A stretch of DNA of 64,000 nt from Eledone cirrhosa (Eukaryota), in assembly GCA_964016885.1 (NCBI GenBank), contig OZ024743.1, forward strand, positions 252,092,001 to 252,156,000. The letters run 5' to 3'. Shown piece by piece: positions 1 to 12,779 of this stretch; within the stretch, counting starts at the first letter, position 1, and the number at the start of each line of letters is the position of its first letter. The notes below the pieces were generated by a model. It was not told the DNA's origin, made no database searches, and worked only from the letters and a program-made list of their open reading frames with translations. The position numbers and the translations under genes are program-made.

Positions 1-170
1 CATTCCTTCAAGAAATCCCGAATAAACCTCCTACACCTGGATATGTCTCCCCAAACAATAACTCACTTCTTGAGTGGGCCATGGTGTCCAAATCCTGAGT
101 TGAAAGGCTTCCCCAAGTTAGACATGGCCTCGACCAATACTGGCCAAAACCTATCAAAGTTATCAAAGTT
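1..170 (+). mobile_element. 3' end of a CR1-group LINE
   Basis: Frame from base 3 reads FLQEIPNKPPTPGYVSPNNNSLLEWAMVSKS*, resembling the C-terminus of CR1/L2-group ORF2. Followed by a short 3' UTR ending in a tandem (TATCAAAGT)2 tail. Confidence 0.55.
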
Positions 171-196
171 ATATGCATGTATATAATATATATATC

Positions 197-1396
197 CCTT
201 CTAGGAAATGGTCGTGCTCAGTGTGTAGGAAAGGCGTAGGTAGAAACTCCATTTTATGTCCTAAATGCAAAGTATGGGTGCATAAAAGATGTAGTGGGAT
301 CACAGGTAAGCTAACTAAGAACATAGATTTTACATGTGGCCGGTGCTCTGGTGCAATAAGTAGCAGCAAGTGCCCACAAAATACTAGCTCTTTCAATTGC
401 GCAGAGGGTTCTATAGAAATAGTGGACAGCTTCCGTTATCTGGGCGATAAAATCAGCAGTGGGGGAGGGTGCTCTGAAAGTACAGTAGCTAGAGTCAGAA
501 CTGGTTGGAAAAAGTTCAGAGAGCTTATACCACTATTAGCTGCTAAAGGGTTCTCCCTAAAAATGAAAGGCAGGTTGTACGATGCCTGCATACGAACAGC
601 AATGTTGCATGGCAGTGAGACCTGGGCATTGTGTGCAGAGGATATACGCAGACTAGAGAGGAACGAAGCTTGCATGCTCCGCTGGATGTGTAACAGTAAT
701 ATACGTGAACGGCGAAGCATAAACGAACTAAGGAAAAAATTAGAAATAAGAGGGATCAGATGTTGTTTACTCGAGAGAAGGCTATGTTGGTATGGACACG
801 TGATGCGCATGAAAGTCGATAGCTGTATAACAAAGTGCAGGGAAATAAAGATAGACGGTAGCCACGGAATAGGCAGACCTAGAAAAACCTGGGACGAGCT
901 GATAAACTCCGACCTCACACACTTACACCTCTCCAAGACAATGTCACTGGACTGAGACCTTTGGCGGTACTCAGTAACAGAGAAGACCCGCCTTACCTAA
1001 ATACATAGTAAAACCTACTACAGCCAGTAGGCATCTCTAACAAAATACACCCCGTCCCACCCCCACCACCCCCACCCCATCCACACCACCCCGTTCTATG
1101 TAAAGTTATGTTGGTGCTGAGCCATCCAGGCCGAAACAAATGAGATCGTGTAGGTGTCACGACAAAAAAAAACACACAGTCCACGCTGTAATGTGGCCGT
1201 GTAGGCAACACGGTAAAAACCTCCCAGACCCACACTGTAAATGTGGTTGGTGTTAGGAAGGGCATCCAACTTTAGAAAACCTGCCAGACAGTCCTATGCG
1301 AGCAAGACAATCACTCTTGCCTCAAGTGGGACTACCCCCGTCCAAACCCATGCAAGCGTGGAACACGGACGTTAAACGTTGATGATGATGATGATG

Positions 1397-1401
<5 letters not shown>
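197..1401 (+). mobile_element. 5'-truncated RTE LINE (subfamily A): PHD finger, RT C-terminus, 3' UTR, (GAT)n tail
   Basis: ORF 173-955 has C4HC3, FRYLG, MLHGSETW, RRLCWYGHVMRM and GRPRKTW, typical RTE C-terminal motifs. Ends ggacgttaaac-(gat)n, with TA-rich sequence on both sides. Confidence 0.93.
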
Positions 1402-1438
<37 letters not shown>

Positions 1439-1441
<3 letters not shown>

Positions 1442-4400
1442 TCATCATCATCATCATCGTTTAACGTCCATGTTCCACGCTTGCATGGGTTTGGAGGGGA
1501 GTTTTCCCACTTTAGGCAAGAATGTTTGTCTTGCTCGCATAGGACCGTCTGGCGGGTTTTCTACGGCTGGATGCCCTTCCTAACACCAACCACATTTACA
1601 GTGTGGAACTGGGAGGTTTTTACCGTGTTACCTACACAGCCACATTTCAGAGTTGACTGTGTGTTTTTTTGTCGTGACACCTACACGACCTCATTTGTTT
1701 TGGGCTGGATGTTGTGGTACCAATATAACTTTACATTGAAAGAGGTGGTGTGGATGGGGTGGGGGTAGTTGGACGGAGGTGTATTTTGTTAGAGGTGCCT
1801 ACTGACTGTAGTAGGTTTCACTTTGTACTTAGGTAAGGCGGGTCTTCTCTATTACTGTGTAGCGCCAAAGATCTCAGTCCAGTGACATTGTCTTGGAGAG
1901 GTGTAAGTGTGTGAGGTCGGAATTTATCAAGTCGTCCAAGGTTTTTCTGGATCTGCCTACTCCGTGGCTACCGTCTATTTTTATAGCTCTGCACTTTTTT
2001 ATACAGCTGTCGTCTTTCATGCGCATCACGTGACCATACCAACGTAGTCTTCTCTCGAGTAAACAACATCTGATCCCTCTTATTTCTAATTTTTCCCTTA
2101 GTTCGTTTATGTTTTGCCGTTCACGTATATTACTATTACACATCCAGCGGAGCATGCAAGCTTTGTTCCTCTCCAGTCTGTGTATATCCTCTGCACACAA
2201 TGCCCAGGTCTCACTGCCATGCAACATTGCTGTTCGTATGCAGGCATCATACAGCCTGCCTTTCATTTTTAGGGAGAACCCTTTTGCGGCTAATAGTGGT
2301 ATAAACTCTCTGAACTTTTTCCATCCAGTTCTGACTCTAGCCACTGTACTTTCAGAGCACCCTCCCCCACTGCTGATTTTGTCACCCAGGTAACGGAAGC
2401 TGTCCACTATTTCTATAGAACCATCTGTGCAATGGAATGAGCTAGTATTCTGTTGGCACTTGCTGCTACTTATTGCACCAGAGCACCGGCCACATATAAA
2501 ATCTATGTTCTTAGTTAGCTTACCTGTGATCCCACTACATCTTTTATGCACCCATACTTTGCATTTGGGACATAAAATGGAGTTTCTACCTACTCCTTTC
2601 CTACACACTTAGCATGGCCATTTCCCGGATGGGACCGGCGCCCTATTTTCCTTCCTACAAACTAGAACTTTAGTCTTAGACAGGTTAATTTTAAGGCCTT
2701 TTGCTTCTAGGCCATGCTTCCATGGTTGGAATTTCTTCTCTAGTTCGGCCATTGATTCAGCTATGAGCGTTAGATCATCTGCATATAGGAGTTCCCATGG
2801 GCAGCCGGTCTTGAACTCCACTGTTATAGCCTGAAGGGCAATCATAAATAGTAGGGGGCTAAGAACGGAGCCCTGATGAACACAAACTTTTACGCTAAAC
2901 TCTTCACTATATTCGTTGTTAATTCTAACCTTGCTGACTGTTTCTTTATACATGGCTTGTATAGCTCTCACAAGCCATTCATCAACACCTAGTTTTCTAA
3001 GAGCCCACCAGATAATGGAACGGGGGACTCTGTCGAAGGCTTTCTCCAAGTCGACAAAAGCTAAGTATAGGGGTTTACTTTTAGCTAGGTACTTCTCCTG
3101 TAGTTGTCGTACAATGAAAAGAGCATCTGTGGTACTTCTACCTGACACAAACCCGAACTGCATTTCATCTAGATCAATTCTCTCTCTGATTAGTTGCGCT
3201 ATTACTTTTTCTGTGACCTTCATGACCTGGTCGATTAATTTAATGCCTCTATAGTTACTCCTATCTAGGGCATCTCCTTTACCCTTGTAGCAGTTAATGA
3301 TGATGCTTCTATGCCAGTCCTTCGGAACAACCCCATTCTGTATGACTTGGTTTACTATCCAGGTGACCATGGTGTGTCCCATCGTTCCAGAACCTTTCAG
3401 CATTTCAGCAACTATTTCCGAAGGCCCATCCGCCTTACCCGTCTTCATATCTTTGATTGCCTTACTTATTATAATACCTTCGACTAACACTGCTTGTCGC
3501 TCTATTGGGTCGATGTGGGGGAGACTGTCTTTCTCCCATTTATTCTCCTCACTTAGTAGCCTTTCGTAGTGACACTTCCAAGCTACCTTCTTATCAGCGT
3601 CAGCGATGGCAAGTACACCATCATCATTAAGGACACACTTCTCCCCGACAATATCACGGTTTTCCTTGACACATTGCCTAGCAATCCTGAACACCTCACG
3701 TTTTTGGTCCTCGCGTTGTAGAACATGGTTGAACTCTCTTTCCTCTGCTTCCCTTCTTGCGAAGAACACTTGTCTCCTAGCTTCCCTCCTGGCCACTTGA
3801 TAGTCTTCTCTACTTCCCCCACCCCGCCATACTTTCCAAGCCTGCTTTTTGGCCTTAATTGACTCCTCCACCTTACTGTTCCACCACCATATTACTCTCC
3901 TCCTGCCTATAGGCCTGCTCCAGCCACAGACTTCATCTGCCGCCATCAGCAGGTTTGCTTTCAGGAATTTCCACTGTTCCTCTATATTGTACGACTCTAA
4001 ATGCTCTTCCTTACTGTCGAAACCATCAAGTAATATGCTTTGAAATTTATTTCTGCTTGTAGGGTCCTTTAGCTTCCATATTCTTCTCCTGAGGATAGTC
4101 CTTTTTGCTGTTGAATACGTCTCGTCCTGACTATGAGGTCGCTAATTATCAGTCTATGTTGGGAGGTGCATTATTCATGGGGGAGGGATTTAGTTTTTAC
4201 AACAGTCACTCTGTCACGTCTTCTGGTAAGGATATAATCTACCTGGCTGGTATGTTCCCCTGATCTGTAGGTGATCCATTGATTGTCTCGTTTTTTGAAG
4301 TTAGTGTTACAGATAGTTAGGTTATTTGCGTCACAGAATTCTAGGATTCTGGAGCCTTCCTCATTTCTAGTACCAAACCCATAGCCTCCGTGGATTCCGT

Positions 4401-5603
4401 CATAACTGTCACAATGTTGTCCAACGTGACCATTTAGGTCGCCAGCAATAATTATATAGTCACTGTCGGTTATTTGGGAGGTAGTGAGCATCAATGTCTC
4501 ATAGTATCTGTCTTTTATAGTGCCAGGCAGTCCGGATTGGGACGCATACACAGATATTACTTTCACAGTAGTTCTATTTAGAACAAGTTTTATTTTAATT
4601 ATTCTGTCATTCACTCTATTTACGTCTATTATCTTATCCACCCATTTTTCTGCTAACATGATACCTATCCCACCCAGCCCATTGTCATTTCCCACCCAGA
4701 AAAGCTTATAGCATCGTTTTTTACCCACAATGAATCTAGCAGACCCTCCCCTCCACCTGGTCTCTTGGATACAGCAAACATCAACCTCCTTACGTTCAAG
4801 CATTTCTACAACCTCGTTAGAGCGGCCTTTTAAGGTGCCTACATTCATGGTACCAACTCTGAAGTTTTGGATTGCGTTTGGTGGGTGAGGCGCAGGGAGG
4901 GATGAGGGGGATGGGGTTGGGGTTATGTTGGCTATCCACGGCCGCAACAAAGAGGAGGGGGCCTTGCCCTTTCGTCCGGCAGCATGAGGTGAATTTGTCG
5001 TTATCTTTGGCATTGTCTTTGAGTGTCCAGATTCTTCAGGCTCTCCAGAAATTCCTTAGTCCATCCATCATATCGAAAAGCAACCAGAAGTGATAGCATA
5101 GGCCGTTGATTTGTGATTGGTCCAAATAATAAAGGTGGAGAGTGAAGAATAGGAGCGGGCGGGAGGAGTATGGGGTAGTTAGCGAGGAGAAGATTATTTA
5201 GAACAAGCGTGGAGAAGATTATTTAGAACAGTCAGACAGAATTATAGAATAGCAATTAAGAAGTAGGATTTGGATTCTGGGCGATTATACAGATATATGG
5301 ATGAATGAACCGAAGGGTGGGAAGGCAAGGAGAAAATGGTATTTTTACATTACATTTCGTAGAAGTTCGTAGAAGTGGACTGACCATTAATAAGAGTTGA
5401 CAAATTCTGAGATTTGTCCCTCGTAACAGGTTTATTTATATTTGGTGCGAGTAGGGACGTATTATGATAGAGAGACGGCAGCACATATGTGATAGAGAGA
5501 GGGGGGCGATAGCGATATAGAAGGCCGAGAGAAGCCATTTTTATGAATCCTGGAAACATTTTCGGCCAAAATGGTAGCGAGAAGATTATTTAGAACAAGC
5601 GTG

Positions 5604-5607
<4 letters not shown>
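1439..5607 (-). mobile_element. Near full-length RTE LINE (subfamily A) with a few disabling mutations
   Basis: Collinear ORFs: 4171-5013 (APE endonuclease: NVGTL, IQETRW, GDLNGH, SQVDYIL), 2609-3946 (RT: NYRGIKL, DLEKAFD, QGSVLSP, YADD) and 1874-2608 (PHD plus C-terminus). Broken by stops at 4171 and 2609 and a frameshift near 4100. (GAT)n tail at 1439-1458; (TA)n on both flanks. Confidence 0.95.
1874..5013 (-). pseudogene. RTE APE-RT polyprotein, disrupted
   Basis: Three collinear ORF pieces as listed for the element above. Confidence 0.9.
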
Positions 5608-5640
<33 letters not shown>

Positions 5641-6273
5641 TACAAGATAATACCCTGCTTATCACTATAAATGGGAACTTAGTGCAATTTGTAGATTACT
5701 ACTATGAACTCAATGTACACCCACCCCATAGCTTTCGTCTGTCCTCTCTCTATCTCTCCCTCTCTATCCATTCCACTTTCGCTCTCTCTCGCCCTAAGTC
5801 CACCTCCCTCTCTTTCCACATCTATGAACCTGCCCTCTGTGGCAATAAATAATTCCAACCTTGACTATCAACGCATCACTTAAGGTGTACATTTTAACCA
5901 TTCTGCTCTGATAATACAGTGCTCACAGCATTTGATAATTGAGTTTTGCAAATAGTTATAAATTTGCACATAGCATAACTAGGCTGAATAACCACCGTGG
6001 AAACATTTGTAAGCACACAGAATAAATTACCTTTTTATGATGTCTACTTGTTATTATTCATTCTTTATCTACACTCCAGAATACAGAAGGATCAGGAACT
6101 AAGTTTCTTCAACAATTCTTCCATAACTCGTTGAGTAACCTCTTACCGTACGTCAACTCTGTCCAGTGTAGTAATTAACCATTACTGCATCTAGGATAAT
6201 CCTATACCTAATATATATATATATATATTATATATAAACACATATATATATATATGTATACATATATATATAT

Positions 6274-6309
<36 letters not shown>

Positions 6310-6310
<1 letters not shown>

Positions 6311-6850
6311 CATCATCATCATCATCATCATTTTACGTCCACTTTTCCCTGCTTGCAAGGGTGGGATGGGTCCTATTCATCACAACATCTCTCCACCCGT
6401 CACAGTCCTTCATCATTTCCTCAGTGAGTTTCAGCGATCTGAGGTCTGCTCTCACCACCTCCGCCCATGTTCTTTGTGGTCTACCTCTACTGCATCTTCC
6501 CTCCACTGGGACTTCCTGGCACTTCTTCACCCATTGGTCATCCTCCATGCGCATCACATGTCCATACCATCTCAGTCTTCTCACCTGCACACCACAACTT
6601 ATCCCTCTTATACCCAGTTTCTTTCTCAACTAGTCTATGCTTGGTCGTTCACGCACATTGACATTACACATCTAACAGAGCATACTTGCTTCATTTCTCT
6701 TCTGCAGTTGCTGCCCATGCCTCACTACCATGCAGCATTGCGCATCTCACACAGGCATCATATAACCGTCCTTTTGTACGCAGGGAGAAACCCTTCTTTG
6801 TCAACAGAGGGAGCAGTTCCCTAAACTTCTTCCAACCCGTCCTTATTATA
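6310..6850 (-). mobile_element. 5'-truncated RTE LINE (subfamily B) 3' fragment
   Basis: ORF 6333-6629 has RRLRWYGHVMRM and RGRPQRTW. Its 3' end matches 50285-50480. (GAT)n tail abuts (TA)n. Confidence 0.9.
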
Positions 6851-6884
6851 GAAGTTGAAAATGCAATTGGAGTCTTTAAGATTT

Positions 6885-9560
6885 ATTAATAATAACTATA
6901 CTGGTTTTACAATTGGATGATTTTCTGAAATTGAGTGTGATGGAGAGATGTGTCTCTATGTGGTGATGTGTCTCACATCTGATGTTTTGGGAAATTTCTT
7001 TCTGTTTTATACAAAAAAAAATGGCTCCGATTGCTATATTTATTAACTTTCCAATTTATGATATTGAAACTATAGGCTACAACTGGGATTGCAAGCACAT
7101 TTATGGAAGATATTTTATTCTTTGAGTTGAGCTCTCTTTCATGCTGGCGTTGTGCATACCTTAGCCTTTATTGATCCCTAGATATGTGTAGAATTGTTCC
7201 TGTCTAATTCTTTAATTGTTATATTTATATCTATTTCTATTGAATTTGTGTTTGTCATTCATTCTACTTCTCTTGAATGCTGCTTTTGCACATTTTTCCA
7301 ATTCAAACTCCATCACTACATCATAGCTGAACCCCTTGACTATCTTCAGCAGTCTTTCCAATTTGCCATCACTTTTGGCATACACTTTCAAATCATCCAT
7401 TTCCAACAGGTGATTTATGATTTTGCAGTCTATTTTGTAGCTATATTCTGTTTCCTTGAGTGCTAGAAACTGCAATGCAAAAAATCAGAAGAGAAAACAA
7501 CTCACCTTGAAAAATACCATAGTTAATGTTTATGCTGCTGGAATTTATAGTGCCATCACTGTGTGACAGTGATAGATTTTGTATTCCATACAGAAATGTT
7601 GTATCTCAGGAAGTTTGATAATCCTGGGAAAATTTTCAGAACATCCAAAATTTTCAAAATCCATGTGTGTGGAACACTGTCAAATGCTTTTTTAATAGTC
7701 AATCCAAGCAGTACTTAAACTTCTCTGTTTTTGTTATGACAGTTAATGAGAAATTGGTCTTTGCAACCATAAGACCCATGGCACCATCCTTTCTGTTCAA
7801 TAAGGTAAAGATGATTTTAATCCATACTTTGAAGGTTGTCTCAGTCAAGATTGAGGTGAGAATTTTGTATGATATGGGAAGGCAAATGATGGGACAATAA
7901 TCTTTTGGAATATTTGTTTCTGTCAATTTTGGCAAGAGATAGGGTATACCTTGTGCAAACCAATCAGTTCTGCATAATTTCATTATAACATTTTCCCAAA
8001 GTATCATGGGTAGCAGTTAGAGAATATAACCAGATGTTCGGCACTTTATCAATGCCAGATTTTCATTTATTGGCCTTCTTTAATGCGCAACTCCAGTTAT
8101 TCCATAGTTATATTATGCCAAGTTTACTTTTATAAATTTTTGTATGTTTCTTCCATGTTCTTTATTCATTCAGCATTTGCATTATTAGATTTGTCTGTAC
8201 TCCATAATGTTATGCAAAATGTTTCAATTGAAGGAGGTTCTTTAGCTTGAATTGTCTGCGTCCCAATTTCCCTGTGAAACCTATGTTTTGCATCTGACAT
8301 AAACAGTATATTTTGCCTGTAAAACCGGTTTCACTTTTCAAATTTTCTAATTCTTTGAGCTTTCAGCTGTATTTTCTATTTCAAGGTTTCTTTGATTGAT
8401 GGAATATCAGGTTGTGAAGCTACTTTGTGTTTCTTAATCACTTTCCTTCCTTTCCTTGACTTGACAGATTTTCTAACAGACATTTCATCCAAGATTGATA
8501 TTTCTCCCCTCCTCATTTCAATTTCTTTATTAAATTTTATCTTCCAGGGTATGTTTTTGTGAATGTTATGATCTTTTTTGTTTTTTTCTTTACACACATT
8601 TCCTTTCTATTACCATTGCTGCTGAATAAATAACTTCATTCAATTCAATTCTCATACATCAGGTTCCATCTCTTCAATTATTGCTTTAACAGTCAGATTT
8701 CCAGTTCTTATGTGTCTTTTGCTCTGGTTGTTGATTGTCAGTTTTGAAATGTGTTTTTTTCTATTTTCACATGTTCATTGAGAATTTCTTGTTTTGTTTC
8801 ATCTATCTGATCTTTATACCAATGAGTAGAAATATTCTCATTCATATTGTCTTTCAGCTTGACCTTGCTCTTTTGTGTTTCGAATACTTTCAAATTTTTG
8901 TAAAACTTCTGCTGATGACAACATAGTCAATGTGGTTTCTTTTCTGTCACATATTTATTTCCATCCCTTTCTTATATTGGTATTCACAAATCTTTTTCAA
9001 ATTCTTCTTGATTTCATTTAATTCTGCATGTTAAACTATTGTTACTAAGGATATCTCTTCTTACATTTTCAAGTTTGTTTTCATTCAGGTTTAGCCTCAT
9101 TTCTGGTATTATTTCCCTCCATACCACAAAAGAATTTACTGTGTGTTTTGATTCTAACGAGAGATGGAATGTATGAATCTCTTCTTTACACTCATAAGTT
9201 CTTTTGATACATTAAGTTCTTTTGTCTTCCTTCAGGTATTGAACTTGAAGGGCTTGGGTTGAGATTATTCTCATTTAAGTGATCATTGAAGACCATATTT
9301 GGAGAACAGCTTGTTTCAGCTGCAGACATTTTGACCCTAGGCTGATTTCTCCCTGAGGGACGTATCACTTATTGACTTGGACAATGACTGATCCATTATG
9401 TGTTTTTGTTTGTAGACATTATGGGGCTATTTTAAAATTGTTTTTTGGTGTTCAGGATACCACCTCTAGGATGATTATCAACCAAGATTAGTGAGTTCAT
9501 CCAGCACTCAATATACAGCTACTCCCCATTGGCTGCTAGTCAGTTATTTCTTGGTCAAAG
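6885..9560 (-). mobile_element. Degenerate R4/Dong-like non-LTR retrotransposon
   Basis: Fragments read PKDYCPIICLPISYKILTSIL (NYRPITCL motif), INHLLEMDDLKVYA..MEFELEKCA (YMDD region) and AIPVVAYSFNIINW. Many stops; 3' end lies in a TAA-rich tract. Confidence 0.75.
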
Positions 9561-9869
9561 TTTTAATATAATTAGAGTGATTTCCTTAATGTTTTCTTCA
9601 CGTAAACCCTTTGTGGTTAATACATATATTATTACCACCGTCACCACCACCATCATCATTACTATTATTATTAATTTTATTATCACCTTTATTATTGCTT
9701 TTGATTTTGTTCTTGTGACTATCCTCTATAGTTTTGTTGTTACTTTCTGATGTTGTTTTTGTTTTTGCATCTGTCTTTGCCTATGATATGTTCTGTTGTC
9801 ACAGAAAAAGGGATTGGAAGATTGTAGTTATCCTTGTGGTGCTGCTGATTATGTTGTAATCTTTTGTCT

Positions 9870-9960
9870 TTGTCTCAGCTTCCTTCTCAGGATGTATCGG
9901 AGGGTTCTTGCTGCTGTTCCCAGCAAACATGCCTTTCGAAGCGTTCCAAAAAATGGGGTA
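9870..9960 (-). mobile_element. Short 3' fragment of a Dong-like element
   Basis: Reverse complement of 42893-42965 (ttttggaac...gctgggaacagca...aaccctccgata...). Confidence 0.7.
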
Positions 9961-10019
9961 TTATTGTTATTATTATTATTATTATTATAATTATTATTAT
10001 ATTTATTATTATTATTATT

Positions 10020-10220
10020 GTTGTTATTCCTTGAATCTCAGTCATTGATGTTGGTTAACTGGAAAGTCCGTTGGAATGAATATCAAGCCACTACCTGCAG
10101 CCTCAGATATTCAGGACGTATCAGAGGGTTCTTGCTGTTCCAAGCAAGCATGCCTTTTGAAGCGTTCCAAAAAGCGTGAAGGGGCCGATTTTCTTTAACC
10201 ATCCCTGGAAACTTTTGGAG

Positions 10221-10222
<2 letters not shown>
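10020..10222 (-). mobile_element. 3'-terminal fragment of a Dong-like element flanked by (TTA)n
   Basis: Reverse complement of 42850-43025; (TTA)n tracts on both sides. Confidence 0.8.
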
Positions 10223-10259
<37 letters not shown>

Positions 10260-10262
<3 letters not shown>

Positions 10263-10915
10263 GGGTGATGGATTGGCAGTATCGGTAGAGGGTTGGATGC
10301 CATGCTTTGCCGCATAGAGTTACGGCTCTTTACGGTCCAAATTCAACTCCCAGTGAGGTTAACTTTGCCTTTCACCCCTACGGGGTCGATAAAATAAAGT
10401 ACCAGTCACGCACTGGGGGCGATTTTATCGACTTTCCCCCTTCCGCCAAAATTGCTGACCTTGTGCCTATATAAGAAACCATTATTATTATTATTATTAT
10501 TAAGGGGCAGTGGATTGGCAGTATCGGTAGAGGGTCGGACGCCATGCTTTGACGCATAGTTACGACCCTTGCCATTCTGAGTTCAAATCCCGCCAAGGTT
10601 AACTTTGCCTTTCATCCTTATGGGGTCGATAAAATAAAGTACCAGTAATGCACTGGCCTTGTGCCAAAAGTAGAAACAATTATTATTATTAAGGGTGGTG
10701 GATTGGCAGTATCACTAGAGGGTTGGATGCCATGCTTTGCTGATAGAGTTACGGCCCTTTACGGTCTGAGTTCAAATCGTGCCAAGCTTAGCTTTGCTTT
10801 TCATCCTTGAGGTTAACTTTGCTTTTCATCCTTATTTGGTCAATAAAATAAAGCACCAGTAATGCACTGATATAATTGCTGGCCTTGAGCCAGAAGTAGA
10901 AACAAATAATATTAA
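10260..10915 (+). mobile_element. Three tandem tRNA-derived SINEs with a Meta-like core and (ATT)n tails
   Basis: A-box-like ttggcagtatcggtag, B-box-like gttcaaatcc and core gcctttcatccttatggggtcgataaaataaagtaccag. Units start near 10260, 10502 and 10690. Confidence 0.85.
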
Positions 10916-11169
10916 AAAAGTTTTTAAAAATGTAAAAAATGTAAAAAAGAAAAGTAGAACCTATTATTATTATCATATTTATGTTGTTGTGTGTTTTGGA
11001 TTTAAGTTCTAACTATATGGTAAGTTTTTAACAGTATTATGTATGGTATGTCTATAGTGGTTTAGGTTAAGGATTTAAATCATTAATTTTTATGTTAGTG
11101 GTAGGTTATATATAGATAAATATATATATTTATACATATTTGCACACATACAGCCATTCATTCATATAA

Positions 11170-11201
<32 letters not shown>

Positions 11202-11502
11202 ACAATAGCAAACTCACAGATAGAGACACTAAGCAACCAAACTGAAATTGTGTTTTGAATGGAAAAATATCAGAATTTCAGGAACATATGAATTAGCTGT
11301 GTAAAAATGTTCTAACAAGTATTTTATATGCAATAAAATGGTTGGCTTTATGTAATGGAGCTTAATGGACATGGTGAAGGAATATTCTCGAGGTTGTCTG
11401 CAGTTTATGTCTTGGCATTAACTGCAGATACTGTCAGCATTGCTGCTATTAAAAAAGAGAATATAGCTCTTTCTTACATATATATATATATGTGTATATA
11501 TT

Positions 11503-11584
<82 letters not shown>

Positions 11585-11611
11585 GATATAATAATGATAA
11601 GTAATGAAAAA

Positions 11612-11750
11612 TATTTGTTGTTGATGGTGGTTGTGGTGGTGGTAGTGGCGGCAGTGGCAGTGGTGGTTGTGTTGCTGATGGTCGTTGTGGTAGTGGTAGT
11701 GGTGGTGGCGGCAGTGGCAGTGGTGGTTGTGTTGCTGATGGTGGTTGTTT
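11612..11750. repeat. (GGT)-rich low-complexity tract with a 60-bp duplication
   Basis: ggcggcagtggcagtggtggttgtgttgctgatggt recurs at 60-bp spacing. Confidence 0.8.
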
Positions 11751-11939
11751 TTATTCAGAAGAAGAATTATAGGATGTTGAAAATACATTATCTTCATATG
11801 TTTATGGAAACAACTTTACACATACATACATCACACACACACGCACACACACACATGCACACACACACATAAATAACATATATATATATATATATATATA
11901 TGACATATATGTATGAATACATAAGCATATGTGTGTATC

Positions 11940-12265
11940 ATGATCATCATCACAGTCATTTAACATTTATATGCTAACGTGGATTAGACAGGCTGCCACA
12001 TACTGAGGCTAGACAAGTTAAGTGATCATGTCTTGCTTTTACACTCCATTTTTGGCTTGGTTTCTATGGCTGGATGTTCATCCTAATATCAAAATCTTTA
12101 CAGGATGTACTGGGGATATGCACTGCCAACTTCCAGGGTGAATTGAGTTCTTCTTGTCATGGTACCAACACATTCACCTTACAGAGTGGACTGGGTGGTT
12201 TTTGTCATGGCACTCATATGATCACCTTACAGAGTGGACTGTGTGCTTTTTGCCAAGGCCCCAAT
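11940..12265 (-). mobile_element. Non-autonomous RTE-tailed repeat
   Basis: tttctatggctggatg motif, ~40-bp subrepeats and a (CAT)n tail, similar to 1440-1700. Confidence 0.6.
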
Positions 12266-12611
12266 ATGAACACATTAAAATACTGTGAACACAGCAAAGT
12301 CAATGGAATAAATATTTTTTTGTAATAATTATTTCCCAGGTTTGGCCCATTGTATGACATCTTGGACATGTATCATTTACCCTAGCCTCAGGCCAGCTCA
12401 TATCTTCCGATTATATGTGGCTAGATGGAAAATGCTTCAGAGCCCTCAAATGGGCTGTACATGTGGTTCAAAGGTCCATCCTTGTCCTAATCTGTGTAAT
12501 GCTGAATTTCCCTAAGAAATACATTAACAGAACGTGTTAAATTCTCAGGTCTATATTTTTCTATGCAGGCAGGTCTGGTGATTGATCCAACAATTGAAAC
12601 AGTCAACATAA

Positions 12612-12698
<87 letters not shown>

Positions 12699-12779
12699 CA
12701 CACACACACTTATATATATGTATTACATTTATATATTTGTTCTGCAAGATTGTTGATGTAAAATCATGTGTTGCAACTG

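Noticed and set aside
436-4711. Antisense ORFs over the RTE copies
   Set aside because: Shadow frames of the RTE coding strand.
11355-11872. YI-repeat ORFs, here and at many other (TA)n tracts
   Set aside because: Translations of microsatellites.
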